A stretch of 64,000 nt of DNA from Paraspadella gotoi (taxonomy: Eukaryota; Animalia; Chaetognatha), in the NCBI GenBank assembly GCA_051294375.1, contig CM119264.1, positions 28,967,939 through 29,031,938 of the forward strand. The letters are read 5' to 3'. Below, piece after piece: positions 54,121 through 64,000 of the stretch; position 1 is the first letter of the stretch, and the number at the start of each line of letters is the position of its first letter. A program made the position numbers and the translations under genes. A model generated the notes under the pieces. The model saw only the letters and a program-made list of their open reading frames with translations, was not told the origin of the DNA and made no database searches.

Positions 54121-54744
54121 CCTATCTAAGACCGAAAAGAAAAATATTAAGGGTGATAAAAAAGGCGACGACGAAAAAGAAAATCTCTTCTCCGGTGAAA
54201 TGAACAAAATAATAAATAATAAACAAACAAAATCAAAAAAAAACTATGAGCTGTGAATACAACTTTGGTTCGTTCACGAGTTGATCCCTGATTAATTCGT
54301 GAATCATTCATCGCCTCACGAATGTGAAATCAAAGGAACAAAACAAAGACGAAATAGGGGATGCAAAAGTGTATATCGGTGACTCTTTCTCGCTCTCTCT
54401 TTCTCTCTCTCTTTTATTTTTGTGGATAAGGCGCTACGTGGGCTGAAGATGACTGTCCGTAACTTCTATAACCCCCTCTAGCAGCCATGGAACGGGTCCC
54501 TGGGCTTGGAACCAGGCTTGAGGGTCACAACTGAAAGTGTCATGATTCTAGGCGGGGTGAACCTAGGCAATGCCCGACTACATGCCCCCCAGATTGTAAC
54601 CCACCCTGCACTGCTTCCAGTGGAGGGAGGGGAGCAATCTTCAGCTAGACCAAGGGCCTGGAATCAGAAGGTTGGAATACGCTCGACAGGATGGGCTCAC
54701 CAGTGTGGTTAAGGCGCTACGTGGTCTGAAGATGACTGTCCGTA

Positions 54745-54832
54745 ACTTCTATAACCCCCTCTAGCAGCCATGGAACGGGTCCCTGGGCTTGGAACCAGGC
54801 TTGAGGGTTTGCCATGCCCCCAAGGCGGCTAA
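54745..54832 (-). ncRNA. Twister-ribozyme-like fold (non-canonical or degenerate)
   Basis: Order P2(UAGCCGCC)-P3 hairpin-GC-P4(CUGG)-UUCCAAGC-P4'(CCAG)-P5-AU-P2'(GGCUGCUA)-GA-GGGG fits the twister topology. The canonical N^AA junction and P1 are not clean. Confidence 0.4.
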
Positions 54833-54860
54833 CGGCCGTCCTCACGCTTCCCGCAGGGTA

Positions 54861-54933
54861 GGTACCGGGTTGGGATTGAACCCGATACCTAGTGGTCATG
54901 AGCTGATGGCTTTACTCAATGAGCCACCGGGTC
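54861..54933 (-). promoter_or_regulatory. tRNA-derived segment with Pol III A and B boxes inside the LTR
   Basis: GACCCGG-TGGCTCATTGAG (A box)...GGGTTCAATCCC (B box)...CCGG, 73 nt with tRNA spacing. Cloverleaf degenerate, so not a functional tRNA. Confidence 0.7.
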
Positions 54934-55867
54934 ACAACTGAAAGTGACATGATTCTAGGCGGGGTGAACCTAGGCAATGCCCAACTACATTTCTCTTGTT
55001 TGTTCACAACTCACAATTTGCTTCGACGGGGATGTCACTCGGATATTTTTTATAAAATTAGTACAACCAATATCATAATTATTCATTCGTTTTTTAAATG
55101 AGTTATCTTGTCCACCATAAAACTAACTTCTCGGTAAAAAATCCTAGTAAATGAACCGGAAATTAAATAAACAAAAAAAAAAAAAAAAAAACAATAGATA
55201 AGGAAAAATTCATTTCCTGGGCCAAGCTTGCTTCCATGCTTGCTTCCAAGCTTGCCTCCACGCTCTCGTAGTTTCTACAGTTCAAATTTCCCCTCAGCTG
55301 GCGTTTGCCACCCCTGCGACCGACAGGTTGGACTTTAATGGCGTTGCCAGTCGAGGGTGTGTCTTCCCCGCCATTTTAATGATGAACATAAATTTTCGTC
55401 TAAATCATTGATGCTTCCCGTCCTTCGCGTTGAGGCGTAAAATCTGGGAGAGGGAACAAAAAGCGGGAAAAAGAAAACGGCGAGAGAGAGAGAGGGAGAG
55501 AGAGAGAGAAATAGAGCGAGAGGGAGAGAGGGAGAAAAAAAGAGAGAGAAAGAGAAAGACGGAGAGAGAGAGGAGAGAGAGAGAGGGAGACGGGGGAGAG
55601 AGAAAGAGACAAAGAGAACGAGTGAAGGAGAGAGAGAGAGATAAAAAGAGAGAGAGTGAGAGAGGGAGTAAAGAAGAAGAAAAAATAAATGGGAAAACAC
55701 CAAAAAAAAAAAAAAGAGATAGGAGAATAGAAAGAAAGGGAAAAATAATGGGATAAAAATAAAGAAAAAGGAAAAAAAGGAAAATTCGGGTGTGAAAAAA
55801 AAATTTTGAATTAAAATGAGGAATTTTTTTTATTGAGGTGAAGAGAGGCGGGCGGTTGGGGGGGGGG

Positions 55868-56412
55868 CACTTGAGAAAGCCTTGTATAGAGAGACCTCCA
55901 GGTTAAACTCCCCGCTCTTCTCGCTGGGAGACCCACCAATTCGCCTAAACACTGAGAAAGGCTTGTATACGAGAGACCTCCAGGTTAAACTCCCGCTCTT
56001 CTCCGGACCCACCAATCGCCTACACTCGAGAAAGCTTGTATAGAGAGACCTCCAGGTTAAAACTCCTGCTCTTCTCGCGGACTCCACCAATCGGCTCTAC
56101 AACTGAGAAAGCTTGTAATAGAGAGACCTCCAGGTTAAACTCCCGCTCTTCTCCGGACCCACCAATCGCCTACACTGAGAAAGCTTGTATAGAGAGACCT
56201 CCAGGTTAAACTCCGCTCTTTCTCCGGACCCACCAATCGCCTACACTGAGAAAGCTTGTATAGAGAGACCTCCTAGGTTAAACTCCTGCTCTTCTCCGAC
56301 GCCACCAACTTCGCTAAACTGAGAAAAGCTTGTATAAGAGAGACCTCAGTAAACCCGCTCTTCTCCGGACCCACCAATCGCTACACGAAAAGCTTGTATA
56401 GAGAGACCTCCA
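55868..56412. repeat. ~71-bp tandem minisatellite, ~7.5 units
   Basis: Unit ACTGAGAAAGCTTGTATAGAGAGACCTCCAGGTTAAACTCCCGCTCTTCTCCGGACCCACCAATCGCCTAC. Confidence 0.92.
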
Positions 56413-57764
56413 GCGGGTAAGGGGGAGGCGTTGGGATCTCGGAATTTCGCTGTATTTTCAGTCCGCATCATTGAGTCATCCTGTCGTGTAGAGCTCAATC
56501 TTAGCTGCGTTGTCGAGGGCAGTAATCCTGTATCGTAGAGCGGAATTATCGCTGTATTGCGCGGCGGATTTATCACTTATATCATAGTGTTCCAATCACC
56601 CTGTATTGACAGAGGGTAGTAAAGGTAGTAATGGCTTTGCACCACTGTATCGGAAGAGGCGAGTTATGCTGTATCATGATCGCAGTAACCCTGTATTGCC
56701 AGAGTCGAGTCACCATGTATCCTAGAGCGCAAGTAACCCTAGTATCGTAGAGCCATTGTTTTTTCCCGACGCCCATTTGTTTTTCCTTGTTGTTTACCGC
56801 TTTTAAGTTCTGTGGTGACGACGGAGACGAATCGAGACACGCCCACTTTGGCGGACGTCGGACACGCCCACTTTGGACGTCTTCTTCGATAAAGAAAGTG
56901 AGGGTAAGGATGGGAAAGGTCAAGAGTTCAAGCCCTGTATCTTTAGAGTTAATGGTTTCATATTCGCGATGAAAACGGACCTAGATTTATTTCGCACAAT
57001 TTTGCGAATTTTTAAATACGATTAGGTGCTAATATGTAATTAAAAAAGTGAATAAAATAAAATAAAACATTAAACATAAACTTTTTTAGGCGCTCTCTTC
57101 TTTGCTCATTTAACATTGTCGATATTGTTTAACAGCGATACATTCACAAAATTAGCATTTATGTCCGTCTATGAATTTTAAAAAATTGCCATATTCGAAC
57201 GCCGTGACGTTTGCTCATCTCTACGATATTTCCCCGAAGAAGAGCTTTTAATTGACCTTCTATTGACTTTGCGCGACATGTTAATTGACCTGTTTTTGAC
57301 CCTCTTGTCATGAACAAGACATTCAAGAGTTTCCTTTTTCCCTTCGAAAAACAAAGGAAAATAGAAAATAAAAGAAAAACGGGGAGGGAGAAAGGAACAG
57401 GAGGTTTCAAAGAAAACAGAAAGCAAGTGAGCAAGTGTGGGATATACCTGAGAAATCGTTTTCAATTTTCTACCTGATACTTATATTTTAGTGAGGAGTT
57501 TAAAAGTGCAAGACAGTTCATTTGAGTATGGAAATGTAGTCTAGAACATTGAAACTTCGGCAATTGAATGTGACTATGAAATGGAAATCAGATGTAGACA
57601 GCAGAGAATTTGGTTTGTTGATTTCCCATTTTGCCTATGAATCAATTTAAAGCGATAAAGCAAAATAAAAGCGGAAAAAAAAGCAAAACAAAAGAGTAAG
57701 AGAGGGAGAATTGAAATAAAAGACAAAAAGTAAAATGATAATAAGGGAGGGAAAAAGTGAGAGC

Positions 57765-58021
57765 AGAGAGATGAGAGAGAGAGAGAGAGAGGACAGAGAG
57801 AAAGAGAAGAGAGAGAAGAGAGAGAGAGAGAGAGAGAAAGTGAAGGAGAGAGGAGAGGAGAGAGGTGGTGACAGAGAGAACCAGAGAGACAGAGAAAGAA
57901 AGAGAGAGAAAAAAAGAGAGAGAAAGAGAGACAGAGAGAAAGACAGACAGAGAAAGAGAGACAGAAGAAGAGAGAGTAAGAGAGAGGAGAGAGAGAGAAG
58001 AGAGAAAAGACACGAAAAGAA

Positions 58022-58058
<37 letters not shown>

Positions 58059-58218
58059 TGAGAGACAGAAAAAATGAGAGATAGAAGAAAGAGAAAGAGA
58101 GAGAGAGAAAGAAGAGAGAGAGAGAGAGAAGAGAGAAGAGAGAGAGAGAGAGCAGAGAGAGAAAGACGAGAGAGAGGAGAGAGAGAAGAGAGAGAGGAAA
58201 AGACAGAGAAAGAAAGAA

Positions 58219-58250
<32 letters not shown>

Positions 58251-58365
58251 GAAAATGAGAGACACGAGAAAAGGAGAGAGAAAATGAGAGACAGAAAAAG
58301 AGAGAGACGAGAGGAGATGAGAGAGAGAGAGGAGAGAGAGAGAGGAGAAGAGAGAGAGAAGAGAC
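57765..58365. repeat. Long degenerate (GA)n polypurine tract
   Basis: Visible; similar tracts at 52640-52925, 55480-55690 and 58850-58980. Confidence 0.95.
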
Positions 58366-59297
58366 TGAAAACGACTCACCTGCCGCGAGAGAGGAAAAAG
58401 GGGCAAGGGCAAAACCCCCGAGGGAACAGAACCAGGTGAGACACCATTTTTTCAAGACGATCTTCTTCTGATGTTTCGTCGTTGTAGTCGTCGTACGTCA
58501 TCATCATCAAAAATCATCATCATCGTCGTCGTAGTCGTCGTCCATCAATATGTATTTAATCATCATCGTCGTCATCAAAATCATCGTCATCAAATCAATC
58601 ATCAGCATCATCATATTATCATCATCATCATCTTTTGTTTATTTGACATTGAGGTCTCAAGTTGTTGTTTCTGTTGTTGTTGTTGGCTAATCTGCGTCCA
58701 TACCTGAACTGGTGACCTTTGTTGTTGTGCCTCACGTCAAGGATAATGACATCGTCGCGTCGGCGTCGTCGTCGGCTCGCTCGTCGTTGTATTTTTATCC
58801 CATTCCATCGCCATATTTGGGGCAAAATAACAAATAATGTGATTCTTTCTTAGAGAGAAGAGAGAGAGAGAGGAGGGAGAGAGAGAGAGAGGAGAGAGAA
58901 GAGCCAGAGAAGAGAGAGAGAGAAGAGAGAGAGAGAGAGGAGAGAGGAGAAGAGAAGAGGAGAGAGAAGAGAGAGGGAGATTTTTTATAGCTTTTGTTCG
59001 TGTTGCAGCCAAGACAAATGTTCCCGGTTTTTCAACAACGTGGTATAAAATATTCGAAAAAGTGGAAAAAAACGTTTATGACGAATTTAAGTCTGGCATA
59101 CTTTGTTCTTTAGTTTCTCTTAGTTCGAGTTCGCAGAATTCAATTATTGAGCCCTAAAAAATTATAGACAAGAGTAAACGTTCTAAAAGAAAACTATATT
59201 ATCTTATGTTGAATTAAAATCGGTGAAGGAGAGTTTCGAACGACGAACGGCGACGACAATTTCTCTTCAGATGATTGACAGTTCTTTTTTTTTTATT

Positions 59298-59350
<53 letters not shown>

Positions 59351-59676
59351 GCGACTGAAAGACTCAGTGATTCCACAAAAGAAAATAAATAAAACCGACG
59401 CCGCTCTTATCGTCGTCCTCCGCCCCCTCTCACTTCCGGCGTTCCCCGGCGTTTTCCCGCCCCTTTGCCCCCCGCACAGACCGGCGTTTTTGAAAACGGG
59501 GGCGTCGTTTCGCGCGACGGAGCACAAACAATTCTGGCGCCGGAACGTTAGATGTCGCTTTTTCGCCAATTGCCCGCGCGAGAAACAAAAGGGAAAACAA
59601 AAGGCTCCGAAACGAAGTAAACAGTCGCAGGAATTAATGATATACAGGAAANNNNNNNNNNNNNNNNNNNNNNNNN

Positions 59677-60703
59677 GACTGTGATGGAACACTACGGCCT
59701 GGGATGGTGTTGTTCCCCCTCTAGCCAATGGAGTGGCTGACGGATGCCGTGGACGTGAGGCGCGTGTGAATATACCGGCCACAATACTCATATACTTTGA
59801 TTATTATGCATTTGGTACATGAAATATAAAAATGATCCATCTGAGGCCGACTATGATCGGCTCTCTCTTCTCATCTCTCTTCAACCCTTTCTCTTTCCTG
59901 GTGTGAGGACGGTAAATCCACGCGGTCGCCTCACAATGTGAGGCTTATATCCCTCGATAACTATTTAGTTCTCTTAGCACTCACCCGTTCCTATACCTGT
60001 CCAAGAGCCCATCTTCGAGTTCGGTGAAAGGCCCATGGCCGATATAACCGCTTCCATTGTGATTTCGTTTTTCCGTGAAGTCGAAAGTCAATCACGTTCC
60101 ACCGCTTCGGCATCCAATCCAGTGGTATATTGCAATCGCTTTCCTATCGTTTGGATTTTTTGGTTTCGTCATTATTGGAGGACACAGCAATGGACGAAGA
60201 TTAGTCGAAAGTTCCGCATCGCGGCATTTTCGGGGTCTTACCGCAATTCATGGGATGTTTGAGAGAGAACCAAGAGCCGAATTGCTGAAGACCGTGTTGA
60301 CGGATTTTGAGGCGTCGACAGATGACGGTCACGCTTATGACGTCACGATCATCACCCAACTCAGTGATTTGAAAGAGAGTCCCATTATCTCACCGATGCA
60401 GAGGCTTTAATAAAAATTTCATTTAAATATCACTTTTCTTTTTCTTACGAAAATTAATATTACCGACAGATTGTCGTACGACTCCAATTAGTAAAAATTT
60501 TGCTAATTACTTATTTTACCTATACTAAAGATTAATTTTTTATTTGATTGGTTTTCAAACCGTTATGCGATTCGAAAACGCTCTTGACGCTCAAATCGGG
60601 CTGGCTTTGTACTCGACGGATGGCACAGGCACGAGGACCTCACTCAATCTTCTCTCGACTTCTCTCTCTCTCTCTCTCTCTTCTCTCTTCTTCTCTCTCT
60701 CTC

Positions 60704-60755
<52 letters not shown>

Positions 60756-63700
60756 CTCGTTTCTCTCTCTCACTTCGTCATTTTGATTGAATCCAGTGAC
60801 AACTTCGACTTCCAAATCGATTCAAGAAAGACGAAAGAAAACAGGGTAATTAAATAGATAAAATTCGATGAATCCCGCACAATTAGTCGGCACGAACTCA
60901 GAAACTTATCTTTGATAAATGTTTATAGTTGAAAAGTTGAAAATGTTTAATGTATGTTATAAATATCCAAATCAAACTGCTACGTATGATTCAGTTACTT
61001 TCTGGCATTTATGATATATCAATCGTGTTTTGCATTGTAAGAGATATGATCAGTCATTGATCCAGATGATTAGTGCCAATGCGTCTTTCTTCTCTATCTC
61101 TCTCCATCTTCATTCATTCCTATCTATTTTAATTATTAAATGTATTATTTAGATAAAGAGAACAGGCTGTTAAAGAAGTGCGGATAGCACTCTTTAGCCC
61201 CACTTAGCGCAAATCCACATATTCTACAGACAAAGAACAGATTTTTATTTAAATTGTTAAATAACAAGCTTGAGGCAAAAACAATGCCGGATCTGCCCTA
61301 CGATCATTAGCGGTAAGCAGCTAATCAGATAATTAATTAATTACATATTAATTTTTTTTATTCGTGTTCAAAATCGTTTCCACTTTGTCTCGCCCTCAAT
61401 CACAAAAAAACAGCAATTCTCGATCACAAATTAATTTAATTAATCTAATTACAAATAATTAATTAATACTTATTTAATTAAATAAATTAATTAATGCAGC
61501 TTAAATTACATTTAAATGATAAAAAATAAAAAAAGCCATATCAAATAGTGAAATAAGATTGTTTTTTTAAATTTTTACTCATTTCCCACTTGCGACGATT
61601 CCATGGAAACTTATTTTCTGCTTAATTCACCACACTTTCCTATTCAACGGTACAAAATGCTGAAAGTTTCAATCGCCCCATTCACTTAATTGAGTAATTG
61701 GCTTGAAATATATTTTTTGGGGTTTTTTTTCCATTTTAACTCAAATTTGCACTTCCGGCCCGGACGGATTCCGGCTAAAAACTTTTATCTTACCCGGGAG
61801 TGCTTTGAAGAGAGATACTATACTAATGCAAAGTTTCTGACCACCCAATGAAGAAAAAAAAAAATGAAAACCGTAATTTTTTTTTCCAAGGGCTTTAAAA
61901 TATTTTTATGAAACTATAAAATTAAAAAAAAAAAAGACTAAATAATACAAAAACGTTATGTCATTAAATGTATTTAGATCTACTTTTTTTTAACGATTTT
62001 TTGCTAACTTTATTAGTTGTCGAGTCATATTAAGATAATCTTTCAAGTTAATTTTCTTTTCCAAGAGGATTATATAGGTGCTTCGCTCTTTGAGCTATCT
62101 CTCTCTCTCTCGCTCTCTCTCATCTCTCGCTCTTCATTTTCTCCTCTCTCTCTCTCTACTCTCTCTCTCCTCTCTCCTCTCTCTCTCTCTCTACTCTCTC
62201 TCTCTCTCTTAACTCATCCTTCACTCTCACTGTCTTTGTTTGTCCGGTATTCTGTTTCTGCAAGAGATTTTCCTTTTCGCGAGGAAACAAGATTAATTTT
62301 GAATTATTCATTCGGGTAAGTATAAATACATTTTCTTGCTTACATAACCAATGAATTTCAGTCTTTTTTATTGTTAAGTGAAATGTTTTTGTACTTCTTA
62401 AATGTTTTCTTGTACTTATTTATATGCTTTACATTAATTATGTTTTTTAGGAATCTTTTTTAACTTAGGGGGACCAAATGTTAAAGAGAGAAAAGTGACA
62501 ATTTTTTGTGAAATATATTATTACAATAATGATCATCTTCTTATGTATGCAGCATATTTCTTTCTATTTTTCGTTTATGTTTCGCTCCGTCGTCGTCGTC
62601 GTCGTTCGTCGTTCGCTCTGTCGTCGTTTGTTTCTCAGATTCGCGGATTAAGGATTCGACTGGACTTGGCAGCAATGAGCATTTTTTTATTTGAATTAAA
62701 CAATTTCGATGCTTTTCATCGTCGTCATCGTCGTCGTCGTTCGCATCATTACTCGGCAGACCAGATTTTAAAACTATTACAAGGATTACACGATTTGACT
62801 TCAACGGTTACCTTGATAGTCATAGATTGTGTTAAAAAGACGAAGGATGTCAATTTTATTCCTATTTTTATAATATTTTATTTTCCGGAACTACAATAAA
62901 AAATATAATTTTTTTTTTTTAAACAATTGGCAAATTTTATAAACCGTACGTTTTTCCTCTCGCATTTATATTGCTGCCAAAATAAATTTTTAATCGGCAA
63001 TAGATGTGAAGAGTAAATAATATCTTAGGTAAAATCTGGGCGTGACGCAATAAAATGCTATTCTTTTCACATTGAATTTTTTCTTCACTCCGAACTCCTT
63101 CACCATACTTTTTTCAAAAGGCCGAAAATTCAGCTTAAATTCAAAATTAGGCTTTCAAGAGTTAAGGGTGAGAGCATAAGGATTAGGAATAAGGATAGGT
63201 ATAAGGATAAGATTAGGGATAAGTTTAGGGACAAGGATAGGGAGATAAGATTAGGGAGAAGGATATAGGGATAAGAATTTAGGATCTAGGATTAAGATTA
63301 TTTTAGGATTTGTAATAGTAGATTAAGGTTACATCTTTGGTGTTTAAAATTAAGCGTCAGGGCATTAGGAACAGTCCGCGGACGCTTTTGCTAAAATAGT
63401 GCAAATAATTCAACTACTTTTTTTCTTTCCCTCTTTCATAAAATTAGATTTTTCCACCTTACGTCTTGACCGAGACTCAACTTCGACTCGACTCTTACTC
63501 GACCTGACTTGCTTTGACTCGCCTCCGCCTCGGGACTCGCCTCGACTCAACTTTTTTTGACTTGGAATCTTAATTGACTTGAATTGTTGATTTGACTCTT
63601 GACTTTGACGTTTATTTTTAAGGTTATCTTGGTGTTAAAATTAAGGGTTTTCAGGGGATTAGGACACAGTCCGGACACTTCTTGGTAAAATAGTGCAAAT

Positions 63701-64000
63701 AATTTTAACTACTATTTTTCTTTCCCTTCTTCTAATTAGGATTTTCCACCTACGTCTTGACTAGACCTCAACATCAGACTGACTCTACTCGACCTGACTC
63801 GCTTGAATCGACTCGACTCCGACTCGACTCGAACTCGATCCGACTCGAGCTCGACTCGCGGACGACTCGTACTGCGACTCGAACTCGACTTGACCTGACT
63901 TGCCTCGCCTGCGCCTGACTCGACTTTTGGACTTGAATCTTGACTTGACTTTTGACTTGACTTGGATTGAACTTTTGATTTAACTCTTTGACTTGACTTT
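59677..64000. repeat. Noisier copy of ~45991-50030, starting inside the family C LTR
   Basis: Colinear with excess single-base insertions; LTR remnant at 59677-59783. Confidence 0.9.
59997..60385 (-). pseudogene. First coding exon of the DOMON/cytochrome b561 gene (partial, error-rich)
   Basis: Homologous to 46300-46665; the copy is cut by the N-gap at 59652-59676. Confidence 0.7.

Larger units (their letters stand above)
54421..54989 (-). mobile_element. TRIM family B with tRNA-like sequence in its LTR (Helenus/TRIMp3-like)
   Basis: LTRs 54421-54582 (124-bp internal deletion) and 54704-54989, both TGT...ACA. Minus-strand PBS TGGTGAGCCC (54702-54693), purine tract GGGGGCA before the 3' LTR, 121-bp internal region. 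Flanks TTTT/TTTC. Confidence 0.88.

Noticed and set aside
54727-54747. CTGAAGA..GTAAC minimal hammerhead candidate
   Set aside because: GAAA is replaced by GTAA, it is on the strand opposite to PBS/PPT polarity, and it is absent from the 4285 copy.
54861-54933. Functional tRNA gene or free-standing SINE
   Set aside because: Anticodon and T stems do not pair, and the segment is embedded in TG...CA repeats with PBS and PPT.
55868-56412. CRISPR-like periodic array
   Set aside because: The whole unit repeats with no unique spacers; no cas genes; eukaryotic context.
57574-58455. Long Leu/Ser- or Glu/Arg-rich ORFs (also 11565, 27439, 48166, 52616, 55335, 60544)
   Set aside because: Translations of (GA)n/(CT)n microsatellites.

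Overview
AT-rich eukaryotic (GT-AG intron, probably arthropod) genomic scaffold with long (GA)n tracts, frequent single-base indels typical of unpolished long reads, and six N-gaps. Much of the window is one block present in several copies (~6.1-29.7 kb including an internal ~6 kb tandem repeat, 30.9-50.0 kb, 59.7-64 kb). The copies differ by transposon presence/absence. The only recognisable host gene is a multi-exon signal peptide + DOMON + cytochrome b561 (FRRS1/SDR2-like) gene on the minus strand. It is cleanest at 41601-46665, noisy at 23877-27279, and exon 1 only at 59997-60385. The most striking content is four related families of short, highly structured LTRs: two complete TRIMs (LTR-PBS-short internal region-PPT-LTR; 4986-5651 and 54421-54989) sharing the PBS TGGTGAGCCC, plus solo LTRs. 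The LTRs of both complete TRIMs carry a tRNA-like Pol III promoter followed by a hairpin-GC-stem-UYSNAAGC-loop module resembling the twister ribozyme core; the solo-LTR families keep a weaker version. No copy is a clean canonical twister. Also present: Helentron/DINE-1-like elements carrying an 18-bp minisatellite, TIR elements, a CCA-tailed tRNA-Leu 3' half, a 74-bp-arm hairpin and several minisatellites.
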